This document shows, in pieces, positions 46,881 through 57,023 of a DNA stretch of 64,000 bases. Below the pieces are notes generated by a model that was not told the DNA's origin, searched no databases, and worked only from the letters and a program-made list of their open reading frames with translations. Source of the stretch: Planctomycetota bacterium. GTDB lineage: Bacteria; Planctomycetota; MHYJ01; WSZJ01. Each line of letters begins with the position of its first letter. Positions within the stretch are counted from its first letter, which is position 1. The stretch is taken from contig JBBTCT010000024.1 in assembly GCA_038060895.1 (NCBI GenBank), positions 128,001-192,000 on the forward strand, read 5' to 3'. Made by a program: the position numbers and the translations under genes.

Positions 46881-47683
46881 CCGATCCGAAGAAACAAGTT
46901 CACGACTTCTGGAACGAGGCCTCCTGCGGGGAGCAGCTGCTCCTCGATGCCGCCGACAAGGCCGGGTACGTCGCTCAACTGGAAAAACGCTACGCTCTCG
47001 AGCCGTACATTGAGCCGTTCGCGAAATTCCCGGAGTGCAGGGACCGCGACGTCCTTGAGATCGGCATCGGTCTTGGCGCCGACCACCAGCGATTCGCACA
47101 GGCCGGAGCGCGGCTGACCGGAATTGACCTGACGGAACGCGCGGTAGTACACACCCGGAAGAGGTTTGACCTGTTCGGCCTGAAATCGGAGCTGCGCGTC
47201 GGCGACGCCGAAGCACTTCCCTTTCCTGATGGCACCTTCGATGTCGTGTACTCGTGGGGAGTTCTGCACCACAGCCCGAACACGGCGCGGGCCGTCGATG
47301 AAGCTCTGCGAGTCCTCAGGCCCGGGGGCAAAGCGCGCATCATGATCTACCACAAGCATTCGCTCGTCGGGACCATGCTCTGGCTGCGGTACGCGCTCCT
47401 GAGGGGAAATCCCTGGCGAAGCCTGAAGTCGATCTATTCGTCGCACCTCGAAAGCCCGGGGACGAAGGCCTACACGAAGCGCGAGGCGGGCGAACTCTTC
47501 CGGCAATTCTCCGGCGTGAAGATCTCAACGGTGCTCACCCACGGCGACCTGCTGGAATCCGGCGCGGGACAGCGACATCGGGGGTGTCTGCTGTCGCTCG
47601 CCAGAGTTCTTTGGCCGCGCCCGATTCTGCGTCTCCTGTTCCCGGGGCGCGGCCTGTTCATGCTGGTCGAGGCGACCAAGTGA
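46877..47683 (+). CDS. Class I SAM-dependent methyltransferase
   Basis: VLEIGIGLGAD, GDAEALPFPDGTFDVVYSWGVLHH, RVLRPGG. Confidence 0.92.
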   Translation: MTDPKKQVHDFWNEASCGEQLLLDAADKAGYVAQLEKRYALEPYIEPFAKFPECRDRDVLEIGIGLGADHQRFAQAGARLTGIDLTERAVVHTRKRFDLFGLKSELRVGDAEALPFPDGTFDVVYSWGVLHHSPNTARAVDEALRVLRPGGKARIMIYHKHSLVGTMLWLRYALLRGNPWRSLKSIYSSHLESPGTKAYTKREAGELFRQFSGVKISTVLTHGDLLESGAGQRHRGCLLSLARVLWPRPILRLLFPGRGLFMLVEATK

Positions 47684-47699
47684 AGCGGGAGCAGCGCTG

Positions 47700-49610
47700 A
47701 TGTGCGGCATCTCCGGATTCGTGGGCGCCCATGTACCCGGGCTGGGGCCGCGCATGAACGTGGCGCAGGCCCACCGCGGGCCGGACGGAAGCGGCGTTTT
47801 CGAGGATCCTCCCGCGGAAGTGCTTCTTGCGCACGTGAGGCTGGCTGTGCTGGATCTCACGTCGGCGGCCGCGCAACCCATGACCTCGGCCAGCGGCCGA
47901 TTCGTGCTCGTCTACAACGGCGAGATCTACAACTTCAGGGACCTGCGCGAGGAGCTCATCCGCGCGGCTGCGACTTTCCGGTCCGCTGGCGACACGGAGG
48001 TCCTGCTCGAGGGAGTCGCGCGACACGGCACTTCTTTCCTGGCACGACTGAACGGCATGTTCGCGTTCGCGCTCTGGGACCGGCAAGAGCGAGAGTTGCT
48101 GCTGGCCCGCGACCAGGTCGGCGTCAAACCGCTCTACTACGCGCAGCCGCAGCCAGGGACATTGCTGTTCGCGAGCGAGATCAAGGCGCTCTTCGCACAC
48201 CATCAGGTTGCTCGCGAGCCGAACTTCGCGGCCCTTCAGGAGCACCTGGCGCGGGGGCACTCCAGCGGAACGCACACGGCCTTCACGGGAATCCAGCGGC
48301 TCGAGCCCGGCGCCTTCCTCAAATGGCACGCGTCCACGCGAACGATCGACGTGCAATCCTACTGGCGGCCATTCACCGCCCATTGCGAACAGTCGATGGA
48401 CGAAGCCGCCGAGGCGCTTCGCGCAAAGTTCAAGGCGGCGACACGGCGACAGATGGTCTCGGATGTACCCGTCGGCTTGTTCCTGAGTGGCGGGCTGGAC
48501 AGCAGCCTGGTCGCAGCCTGCGCGGCTTCCGAGACCGCGCTGCGCTCTTACACCATTACGTATCCACGAAGCGAAAACACGCTCGACCAGTTCGACGACG
48601 ACGCGCCGTTTGCACAGGAGATGGCGGCAGCGCTGGGGCTGAAACACACCGAAATCGAGATCAAGCCCGAGGTCGCGTCGCTGCTCCCCCGCCTGCTCCG
48701 GCACTGCGACGAGCCGATCGCCGACCCGGCGATCATTGCAGCGTTCCTGGTCAGCCAGCGCGCCCGTGAAGACGGCATGGTGGTCATGCTGTCGGGACAG
48801 GGGGCCGATGAATTGTTCGGAGGATATCCCCGGTACCGCGCCATCGCCGGGACCCAGTGGATGGAGGCTCTGCCAGGCGCGCTGAGACGCGGAATTGCGA
48901 GGGGCGCGGGGCTCCTGCCGGGCTCGCGCGAAGGCCGCGCCGGCGGGATGATGAGGCGCGGGAAACGTGTGCTGGCCGCGGCCGGAATGGACGCGCGCGA
49001 ACGCTTCCTCGCGTATTGTTCCTCGACTGCCGATGCGGACATCGGGCAGGTTCTCAGCGCTGAAGCACGGGCCACGCTGGCCGGGAGGCAGTCGATCGAC
49101 ACGGACCTCGCGCTCATGGAGGCCAGCGGTCTGCCGCAGGACGATGCGTTCCTTTACCGCGACCTCATGGCATACCTTCCGAACCACAACCTGTTGTACA
49201 CGGACAAGATGGGGATGGCCGTCGGCATGGAAGCGCGGGTGCCGCTTCTCGATCTCGACCTCCTGGACACCGCGACGGGGTATCCCGCAAAGTGGAAGTT
49301 CAACAGCCGCGGGACGAAGCGGATCATGCGGCTGGCGGCGCGGGGGCTTGTGCCGGAGAAGATCATCCGCCGCCCCAAGGCGGGTTTTGGGGCGCCCTAC
49401 CGCAAGTGGCTGCGCTATGATCTTGGGACGCTCTGGAACGACGTGATGTCGGAAGCGTCGGTCAAGCGCCGCGGGTGGTTCGATTTCGCAGGGCTGAACG
49501 AGGCGCGGAAACGCAGCCAGGACGGCAGCGTGGACCTGTACATGTTGCAGTGGGCTGCGCTCGTGATCGAGCTGTGGGCGCGCGAGTTCATCGACCAGCG
49601 ACAGGCGTAG
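47700..49610 (+). CDS. asnB: Asparagine synthase-like amidotransferase (glutamine-hydrolysing), copy 2
   Basis: MCGI, HRGPD, YNGEIYN, LSGGLDSS, SGQGADELFGGY, DKMGMA.GMEARVP. Confidence 0.93.
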   Translation: MCGISGFVGAHVPGLGPRMNVAQAHRGPDGSGVFEDPPAEVLLAHVRLAVLDLTSAAAQPMTSASGRFVLVYNGEIYNFRDLREELIRAAATFRSAGDTEVLLEGVARHGTSFLARLNGMFAFALWDRQERELLLARDQVGVKPLYYAQPQPGTLLFASEIKALFAHHQVAREPNFAALQEHLARGHSSGTHTAFTGIQRLEPGAFLKWHASTRTIDVQSYWRPFTAHCEQSMDEAAEALRAKFKAATRRQMVSDVPVGLFLSGGLDSSLVAACAASETALRSYTITYPRSENTLDQFDDDAPFAQEMAAALGLKHTEIEIKPEVASLLPRLLRHCDEPIADPAIIAAFLVSQRAREDGMVVMLSGQGADELFGGYPRYRAIAGTQWMEALPGALRRGIARGAGLLPGSREGRAGGMMRRGKRVLAAAGMDARERFLAYCSSTADADIGQVLSAEARATLAGRQSIDTDLALMEASGLPQDDAFLYRDLMAYLPNHNLLYTDKMGMAVGMEARVPLLDLDLLDTATGYPAKWKFNSRGTKRIMRLAARGLVPEKIIRRPKAGFGAPYRKWLRYDLGTLWNDVMSEASVKRRGWFDFAGLNEARKRSQDGSVDLYMLQWAALVIELWAREFIDQRQA

Positions 49611-49625
49611 CGGAAGCGGAGGCGA

Positions 49626-51764
49626 ATGCAGCAGGTCCTGCAGAACATCCGGAACGGCCAGTTGCGGGTGACCACGGTCCCTGATCCGGTCGCGCGGCCC
49701 GGGCAGGTACTGATCGCCAACGTGTGTTCGCTGATCTCCGCGGGCACCGAAAAGATGATCATGGAGCTGGCGCGCAAGTCGCTCATCGGCAAGGCGCGCG
49801 AACGCCCTGACCACGTGCGTCGCGTCCTCGAGAAGCTGAAGAACGAAGGGTTTTTCAGCACGGTCCGTCAAGTGCTGGAGAAGCTCGACGAGCCGATGAC
49901 CATGGGCTATTCATCCGCAGGCGTCGTGCTGGCGTGCGGAGCGGGGGTGCAGGAGTTCAAACCGGGCGACCGCGTCGCTTCGAACGGCCCGCATGCAGGA
50001 GTGGTGAGCGTCGCGAAAAACCTCTGCGCGCGTATCCCCGACAAGATCCCGTACGAACACGCGGCGTTCACCGTCGTCGGCGCCATCGCTCTTCAGGGCG
50101 TGCGGCTGGCGCAGCTGCATCTCGGCGAGACCGCGTTCGTGATCGGGCTCGGATTGGTGGGGCAATTCACCGTCGGCCTCCTCAAGGCCGCCGGGGTGCG
50201 CGTCCTGGGGACGGATCTGGAAGCCGCGAAGTGCGAGCTGGCGAAGAAATTGGGCGCGTACGAAGCACGGCCCGGTCTCGGTGCGCGCGACGTGGCAGCG
50301 CTGACAGGCGGGCTCGGCGCCGATGCGGTCCTCATTACGGCATCCACAAAGTCTGACGAGCCGGTGGAACTGGCCGGCGAGGCAGTGCGCCAGAAAGGGC
50401 GCATCGTCGCCGTCGGGGCCGTCGGCCTGAACCTGCCGCGCCGGCCGTATTACTTCAAGGAAGCGGAGTTCGTCGTGTCCTGCTCGTATGGGCCGGGTCG
50501 GTACGACACGCGATACGAGGACGGCGGGCACGACTACCCGGCGGCGTACGTGCGGTGGACGGAGCAGCGCAACATGCAGGCGGTGTTAGATCTCATGGAG
50601 AGCGGAAGGCTCGACGTCGCGCCGCTGATCTCGCATCGCTTCGGCATCGCGAATGCGGAAAACGCGTACGACCTGATTACCAAGGGCAGCGAGCCTTACC
50701 TTGGGATGTTGCTCGAATACCCGGAGGTCGATCCCGCGCGTCTCGCGCGCAAGGTGGTCCTGAAGGCCTCCGAGGCGGGAGGCCGGATCGGGATCGGATG
50801 CCTCGGCGCCGGGAATTTCGCGCGGATGGTGCTCCTCCCTGCCCTCAAGGCGCAGCCTCGCCTTCAGCCTCTAGTGCTCTGCTCCGCGGGCGGGATGTCG
50901 GCCTCGAACAGCGCTGAGAAACTAGGGTTTGCTGCGGTCGCGACCGACGAGGACGCGGTCTTCGCTGACCCGCAGATGAAGGCGGTGTTCATCCTCACAC
51001 GGCACGACCAGCACGCGCGGCAAGTCGTGAAGTCGATTCGCGCGGGGAAGCACGTGTTCGTCGAGAAGCCCCTCGCGCTCACGGTCGAAGAGATCCAAGA
51101 GATTGAATACGCCCTTCTCGCGCACCCTCAGCCGCCACTCCTTGCAGTGGGCTTCAACCGGCGGTTTTCACCGGCGGCGATCCAGGCGAAAGCATTCTTC
51201 AAAGGCGTCACGGCGCCCCTGACGATCTCGATCCGCTTCAACGCAGGTGAAATCTCTGCCGAGCACTGGACGCAAGACGACGCGGCGGGGGGCGGGCGCA
51301 TTATCGGCGAGGCGTGCCACGCGATCGACCTCGCAACGTTCCTTGCGGGCTCTCCGCCCGTGCGCGTATTCGCGGAGTCGATCGGCGGCCCCGCGGCCCC
51401 TTCGATCCGCGACGATCAGTGCTTCCTCCTTCTCCGCCACACCAATGGCACAGTCAGCAGCATCGGCTACCTCGCGGGCGGCGACAAGGCGTACCCCAAG
51501 GAGCGTATCGAAGTCCTCGGCGGCGGAAGGATCGCCGTGATCGAGGACTTCAAGACCCTGATGACCTGCGTCGGCGGGAAGCAAAGGGAGACCGGGCTCG
51601 GTGCACAAGACAAGGGTCACCGCGCGGAGATCGACGCGTTCGCGAAGACGCTCGTCGCCGGCGGCCCGGCGCCCATTCCGTGGGAAGAACTGCGCGCCGT
51701 CAGCCTCGCGGCCATCCTCGCCGTGCGCAGCCTGCGCGAAGGCGTTCCGTTCGAGATCGCATAA
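49626..51764 (+). CDS. Bi-domain oxidoreductase (Zn-ADH-like + Gfo/Idh/MocA)
   Basis: SLISAGTE, SYGPGRYD..YE, RWTEQRN; second domain GAGNFA, GKHVFVEKPL, GFNRRF, GEACH. Confidence 0.92.
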   Translation: MQQVLQNIRNGQLRVTTVPDPVARPGQVLIANVCSLISAGTEKMIMELARKSLIGKARERPDHVRRVLEKLKNEGFFSTVRQVLEKLDEPMTMGYSSAGVVLACGAGVQEFKPGDRVASNGPHAGVVSVAKNLCARIPDKIPYEHAAFTVVGAIALQGVRLAQLHLGETAFVIGLGLVGQFTVGLLKAAGVRVLGTDLEAAKCELAKKLGAYEARPGLGARDVAALTGGLGADAVLITASTKSDEPVELAGEAVRQKGRIVAVGAVGLNLPRRPYYFKEAEFVVSCSYGPGRYDTRYEDGGHDYPAAYVRWTEQRNMQAVLDLMESGRLDVAPLISHRFGIANAENAYDLITKGSEPYLGMLLEYPEVDPARLARKVVLKASEAGGRIGIGCLGAGNFARMVLLPALKAQPRLQPLVLCSAGGMSASNSAEKLGFAAVATDEDAVFADPQMKAVFILTRHDQHARQVVKSIRAGKHVFVEKPLALTVEEIQEIEYALLAHPQPPLLAVGFNRRFSPAAIQAKAFFKGVTAPLTISIRFNAGEISAEHWTQDDAAGGGRIIGEACHAIDLATFLAGSPPVRVFAESIGGPAAPSIRDDQCFLLLRHTNGTVSSIGYLAGGDKAYPKERIEVLGGGRIAVIEDFKTLMTCVGGKQRETGLGAQDKGHRAEIDAFAKTLVAGGPAPIPWEELRAVSLAAILAVRSLREGVPFEIA

Positions 51765-53434
51765 TGGACGCCCTTCTGACGTTTCGAACGGTGCGCCACT
51801 TGTGGCTGTCGCAACTGAAGTGGCGCCTGAAGTATCGGCGGCTGCGGCAGCGGGAAGAGCAGCCCGGCTACGACCTGGCTGGCCGGCTGCACGGCAGAAC
51901 TTCCGGGCTAGCGCTCGACCCGACTTTCCCACGTCCTGAAATTGCGGCGATGCGGCCCGAGGGGACCTCGAGCTGGCACGAGGGAGCGCTGACGCTTCTT
52001 AACGAAATGCGTGGCTTTGCCGGCGGCGACGACTGGGGGCTCGGACGCCAACAGGCGAAGGACCGCCTCTGGATGGCGACCCTGCACGGACACCGATGGC
52101 TGCTCGACCTTGGGGCCGACGAGCAGCACCGCTTCCTCCGCGACTGGATCGCCGTCTGCCGGCCCGGGACGCCGGGGTTCGCGAACTTCGCGTGGAACAG
52201 TTACGACATTGCCACTAGGCTCCTCTGCTGGGCCTGCCTGCCTCCCGACGTGCTGGACGCGTCGGCGCTCGAGAGCTTCGCGGCCCAGGCGGAATACCTC
52301 GATGACCACGTTGAATGGGACCTTCGCGCCAACCATCTGCTTCGGGATGCCGCGGGGCTCGCGTGCGCCGGGAGGTTCCTCAAGGGTCCGGCTGCGGAGC
52401 GCTGGCTCCAGGCCGCGACGGCCGTTGCGGACAGCCAGGTTGACGAGCAGGTGCTTCCGGACGGCGGGCACTTCGAGCGCAGTCCGATGTACCACATCCA
52501 CGTGATGGAAGACCTGCTGCGGCTGTGGTTCCTGGTCCGGGACGAAGCGACTCGCTCGAAAATCCAGCGCGCCATCGGGCAAATGGCGGAGTGGATCGCC
52601 TGGATGAGGCACCCGGATGGAAGGTTTCCGCAGTTCAACGACGGCGGATTCAACGGCGCATGCGATGCCACGGGAATCATCGCTGTGGCTGTCGTCTCGG
52701 GAACGGTCAGCCCGGCGAAGCGCCATGGAGGGCGGCGCTTCAGGGACACGGGCCTGGTTGCGTGGCAGGGGGACCCATGGACGGTATTCTTCGATGTCGG
52801 GCCGATCGGTCCCGACTACCAGCCGGGGCATGCGCACGCCGACACCCTCTCGCTGGAGGCCTCGTTCGCGGGCCATCGACTCTTCATAGATCCAGGCTCC
52901 TTCTCCTACGACAACGACGCGCGCCGCCGCTACGACCGCTCCACCGCGGCCCACAACACGGTCTGCATCGACGACAGAGACTCGAGCGAGGTCTGGCACA
53001 TTTTCCGTGTCGGCCGCCGCGCCTACCCGCTGGACGTGCGCGCCGACTTCTCCGCGGACGGGCTTTTTGCTTCCGCCGCCCACGACGGCTACTCAACGCT
53101 CCCGGGCAGGCCGAAGCACTCCCGCACAGTCACCGTCACGGGCGATCGTATCTTGAAAGTTACGGATCTCGTCGAAGGCCAAGGAAGCCACGCGCTGAAC
53201 GGCGGGTGGCTCCTAGCACCGGGCTGGCAGGCGGAAGCGGCCCCCGGGGGATGGCGCCTTTCGATGGAGGGGGCGCGCGTTTCGGTGCACGTGAATGCAC
53301 CCGCTGGAATGGCGTTGACTGCGGAGAAGCGCGCCTGCCACCCGGAATACGGCCTGGAAATCGAAACTACGCGCCTGTGCTGGAACCTGGCAGCTTCGCG
53401 ATTGCCTGCACAGATCGTGACGGTCGTCGAATGA
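51764..53434 (+). CDS. Heparinase II/III-family protein
   Basis: ANHLL, QVLPDGGHFERSPMYH, HPDG, GHAHADTLS, DPG, RSTAAHNT. Confidence 0.9.
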   Translation: MDALLTFRTVRHLWLSQLKWRLKYRRLRQREEQPGYDLAGRLHGRTSGLALDPTFPRPEIAAMRPEGTSSWHEGALTLLNEMRGFAGGDDWGLGRQQAKDRLWMATLHGHRWLLDLGADEQHRFLRDWIAVCRPGTPGFANFAWNSYDIATRLLCWACLPPDVLDASALESFAAQAEYLDDHVEWDLRANHLLRDAAGLACAGRFLKGPAAERWLQAATAVADSQVDEQVLPDGGHFERSPMYHIHVMEDLLRLWFLVRDEATRSKIQRAIGQMAEWIAWMRHPDGRFPQFNDGGFNGACDATGIIAVAVVSGTVSPAKRHGGRRFRDTGLVAWQGDPWTVFFDVGPIGPDYQPGHAHADTLSLEASFAGHRLFIDPGSFSYDNDARRRYDRSTAAHNTVCIDDRDSSEVWHIFRVGRRAYPLDVRADFSADGLFASAAHDGYSTLPGRPKHSRTVTVTGDRILKVTDLVEGQGSHALNGGWLLAPGWQAEAAPGGWRLSMEGARVSVHVNAPAGMALTAEKRACHPEYGLEIETTRLCWNLAASRLPAQIVTVVE

Positions 53435-54720
53435 GGCAGTCCTCGCGGCTACGCATCCTGTACGTCTCCCAGTACTTCCCTCCCGAGATGGGCGCGCCGG
53501 CTGCCCGAGTCCACGAGCTGTCGCGTGAATGGGTGCGCCTCGGGCAGGACGTAACCGTGCTGACAGGGTTCGCTCACCATCCGACCGGCGTCCTCGCGCC
53601 GCAGGACCGCGGCCGCTTCACGCGTCGCGAACGGATTGACGGGATTGACGTCATCCGGAGCTACGTCTGGGCGACGCCGAACAGAGGCACCGTGAAGCGG
53701 ATGGCCTCGTACGCGTCGTTCATGCTGTCCGCTGCGGTGATCGGGGCCGTTCGTGCGAAGCGACCCGACGTCGTGATCGCCACGTCGCCGCAACTTCTTT
53801 GCGGCTGCGCCGGATACGCCGTGGCCCGCCGCTTCAATGCACCGTTCGTGTTCGAAGTCCGCGACCTCTGGCCCGAGTCCATCATGGCCGTCGGCGCCAT
53901 GGACGAAAACGTGATCATCCGAACGCTGCGCGGTGTGGCTTCCTTCCTGTACCGCAACGCCGACCAGGTCGTCACCGTCGGCCACGGCTACCGCGATGAA
54001 ATCCACGCGCGCTATGGACTGCCTGTGGAATCAATGCAGGTCGTCCCCAACGGCGTGGACCCGAATCTCTTCGTCCCCGGACCCCGCGCGAACGCGGCGC
54101 GCGAGAAGTACGGCTGGGGGGACCGCTTCGTCGCGATGTACCTGGGCACTCACGGCATGGCGCACGCGCTGGGTTCGGTGCTGCAGGCGGCGAAGCGCCT
54201 CGAGTCGAAGCGTGACATCCTGTTCGTGCTGGTGGGCGAAGGGGCCGAAAAGGAGAGCCTCAAAGCCCAGGCCGCCCGGGAGAACCTCACCAACGTCCAG
54301 TTCATCGACCAGCAGGACAAGGAACACGTCCGCCTGCTCTACGCCGCCAGCGACGTCGGGTTGGTCACGCTTCGCAATACTCCGCTGTTCCAGGGCGTGC
54401 TGCCCTCGAAGATTTTCGAATGCCTCGGCATGGAGCGCGGGATCATCCTCACTGTGGACGGCGAGGCGCGCCGGCTGGTCGAGTCGGCGGGCGCCGGAGT
54501 GTTCGTGGCGCCGGAGGATCCGGCGGCGCTGGCGGCCGCGGTGGCGGATGTCGCGACGAATCGCGAACGCCTCGACGAGATGGGCCGTCGAGGGCGTAGC
54601 TTTGTCTTGGCGCACTACGACCGCGCGAAGATGGCCAGCCGCTACCTCGAGATCTTGCAGGGCGTCGCCCGGGGCGGTGATTTCCGCCACCGTATCCCCT
54701 TGGTATCCTCGGGGAAATGA
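53431..54720 (+). CDS. GT4 glycosyltransferase (WbuB-like)
   Basis: YVSQYFPPE.GA.A.R, TSP, EVRDLWPES, PSKIFE. Confidence 0.92.
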   Translation: MRQSSRLRILYVSQYFPPEMGAPAARVHELSREWVRLGQDVTVLTGFAHHPTGVLAPQDRGRFTRRERIDGIDVIRSYVWATPNRGTVKRMASYASFMLSAAVIGAVRAKRPDVVIATSPQLLCGCAGYAVARRFNAPFVFEVRDLWPESIMAVGAMDENVIIRTLRGVASFLYRNADQVVTVGHGYRDEIHARYGLPVESMQVVPNGVDPNLFVPGPRANAAREKYGWGDRFVAMYLGTHGMAHALGSVLQAAKRLESKRDILFVLVGEGAEKESLKAQAARENLTNVQFIDQQDKEHVRLLYAASDVGLVTLRNTPLFQGVLPSKIFECLGMERGIILTVDGEARRLVESAGAGVFVAPEDPAALAAAVADVATNRERLDEMGRRGRSFVLAHYDRAKMASRYLEILQGVARGGDFRHRIPLVSSGK

Positions 54721-55814
54721 CGCCCGTGAGGATCATGCACATCGTGGGCGCTCGCCCCAACTTCATGAAGGTCGCGCCGATCATGGCCGCGATGGCGAAG
54801 CTCCGGGGGGAGTTCAGGCAGATTCTCGTCCACACCGGGCAGCACTACGACCGTAACATGTCGGAAGTCTTTTTCGAACAGCTCGGGATGCCGGCGGCCG
54901 ATGAAACGCTCGGCGTGGGCTCAGGAACTCACGCGGACCAGACAGCGCGCGTGATGCAGCGGTTCGAGCCGGTTCTCCTCAGGCACAGGCCGGACTGGTT
55001 GCTGGTGGTCGGCGACGTCAATTCCACGCTCGCCTGCGCCCTCGTCGCCGCGAAGCTCGGCGTGAAGGTGGTGCATGTGGAAGCAGGGCTCCGGTCCGGC
55101 GACTGGTCGATGCCCGAGGAAGTTAACCGTGTCCTTACAGACCGGCTTAGCAACCTGCTGCTGACGCCGTCGATGGACGCCAACCGAAACCTCGCCCACG
55201 AGGGAATCGCAAAGTCGCGCGTCCGACTTGTCGGAAATGTGATGATCGATTCGCTCGTGCGCCTGCTCCCGGCGGCAAGACGGAGCCTCGTGATCAGGAA
55301 ACTCGGCCTGTCGCGCGAATCATTCGTTCTCGTGACGCTTCACCGGCCCGACAACGTCGACGAGCCCGCCACGCTCAAGGTGATCCTGTCGGCCCTTGCC
55401 GGGATGGCGAAACGGATACCGGTTGTCTTCCCCGTTCACCCCAGGACTCGGAAGGTCATCCAGGCGTACCACTTCGAGCGATCCGCCGGCGACGTCCGCC
55501 TCCTGGAACCGCTGGGGTACATGGATTTCCTGGCCCTCACGGATTCCGCGCGTGTCGTCTTGACCGATTCCGGCGGCATCCAGGAGGAGACCAGCTACCT
55601 CGGCGTTCCCTGCCTCACCGTGCGCCCGAATACCGAGAGACCGGTCACAGTAACCCGAGGCACGAATCGACTCATTCCTGCGAGCGGAATGGCCATAAAA
55701 GCGGGGTTCGAGAGGGTCATGCGCGCCCCTTGCCGGAAGAAATGCACCATTCCCATGTGGGATGGCCAGACGGCCCCGCGCATAGCGAGGACACTGGCGC
55801 GGCATGAAAGCTGA
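54717..55814 (+). CDS. wecB: UDP-N-acetylglucosamine 2-epimerase (non-hydrolysing)
   Basis: VGARPNFMK, HTGQHYD, GDVNST, HVEAGLRS, MPEE.NR, TLHRP, TDSGGIQEE, TERP. Confidence 0.95.
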   Translation: MTPVRIMHIVGARPNFMKVAPIMAAMAKLRGEFRQILVHTGQHYDRNMSEVFFEQLGMPAADETLGVGSGTHADQTARVMQRFEPVLLRHRPDWLLVVGDVNSTLACALVAAKLGVKVVHVEAGLRSGDWSMPEEVNRVLTDRLSNLLLTPSMDANRNLAHEGIAKSRVRLVGNVMIDSLVRLLPAARRSLVIRKLGLSRESFVLVTLHRPDNVDEPATLKVILSALAGMAKRIPVVFPVHPRTRKVIQAYHFERSAGDVRLLEPLGYMDFLALTDSARVVLTDSGGIQEETSYLGVPCLTVRPNTERPVTVTRGTNRLIPASGMAIKAGFERVMRAPCRKKCTIPMWDGQTAPRIARTLARHES

Positions 55815-55820
55815 CGCTTT

Positions 55821-57023
55821 ATGGAACAACCCCCGATCCGCCTCGGAATCTTCGTCACACACCCAATCCAGTACTTCGCTCCCGTCTGGCGGCTCCTGGC
55901 AGCAAACGAGAATTTTCAACTCTCGGTCTATTTCTTCAGTGACCACAGCGTTCGCGGCGGAGTCGACCCGGAGTTCGGCGTCAACGTCGCATGGGACATC
56001 CCACTCCTGGACGGCTATGCGCACACGTTTCTCGAGCGATCCGCCGATCTCTCGAAACCCTGGTCCGTTGCTCTTCCGAATGCCCGCGAGATCCTGACCA
56101 GGGACCGCCTCGACGTTGTTCTGGTCCACGGCTACACCCACCGTTTCGAGCACAACGTGGTCAAGGCGGCGCGCAAGAGCGGCGTCGCCACGGTCATTCG
56201 CGGTGAATTCAGCGACTCGAGACCGCCTCGCGGGTGGTCCGCAATCCGAAACCTGATGAGGGACACCTTTCTGAAGCGCTTCTACCGAAAGATCGATTCC
56301 TTCTGCTATATGGGACAACTCGGGAAACAGCACCTGGAAAGGCTCGGTATTCCGGGGGACCGGATGTTCTTCGCGCCCTACTCAGTCGACACCGCGCTTT
56401 TCGAGCGGCAGAAGCAGCAATTTCAGCGCGTGCAGGTTCGCGCCGACTTGGGAATCCCTGCCGACGCGACCGTGCTTCTCTTCAGCGGCAAGCTTGTGCC
56501 CCGCAAGGCTCCCCTGCTCCTGGTTGAAGCCGTTCGTCGCCTCGGCAACCCGGAAAGTATCTTTCTCGTCCTGGTTGGCGAAGGAGAGCAGCGCGCAGAA
56601 GTCGAGGCCGCGGCGCGCGCGGCGCTGGGCTCTCGCTTTCTCATGCCGGGCTTCGTGAATCAGAGCGGGATCGGCCGGTACTACGCCGCGGCAGACGTGC
56701 TTGTTCTGCCGTCCCTCTTCGACACGTGGGGGCTCGTGGTGAATGAGGCCATGCAGTTCGGGTTGCCAGTAGTCGTGAGCGATCGCGTCGGCTGCGCGCC
56801 GGATCTGCTCGTAGAGGGGACCACCGGATACACTTTCTCGAGCTCAGACGCCGCGTCACTAGCGAAACGTCTGAACTTGCTCATCGAGGATCCGGAGCGA
56901 ATTCGGTCCATGGGACAACACGCCAGCCGGCATGTGGAAAGGTACAGCGCTTCTGCCGCAGCCGCAGGCATTCGCCTGGCGGTGCTTGACGCTTTCCGAC
57001 ACGAGGACACCTCATGCCGATGA
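55821..57023 (+). CDS. GT4 glycosyltransferase
   Basis: THPIQY, FSGKL..RK.P, GFVNQS, TWGLVVNEAM. Confidence 0.9.
   Translation: MEQPPIRLGIFVTHPIQYFAPVWRLLAANENFQLSVYFFSDHSVRGGVDPEFGVNVAWDIPLLDGYAHTFLERSADLSKPWSVALPNAREILTRDRLDVVLVHGYTHRFEHNVVKAARKSGVATVIRGEFSDSRPPRGWSAIRNLMRDTFLKRFYRKIDSFCYMGQLGKQHLERLGIPGDRMFFAPYSVDTALFERQKQQFQRVQVRADLGIPADATVLLFSGKLVPRKAPLLLVEAVRRLGNPESIFLVLVGEGEQRAEVEAAARAALGSRFLMPGFVNQSGIGRYYAAADVLVLPSLFDTWGLVVNEAMQFGLPVVVSDRVGCAPDLLVEGTTGYTFSSSDAASLAKRLNLLIEDPERIRSMGQHASRHVERYSASAAAAGIRLAVLDAFRHEDTSCR

Noticed and set aside
39833-49610. asnB genes as lasso-peptide cyclases
   Set aside because: Both keep the N-terminal MCG glutaminase domain and sit among glycosyltransferases; no precursor, B1 or B2 gene seen in the window
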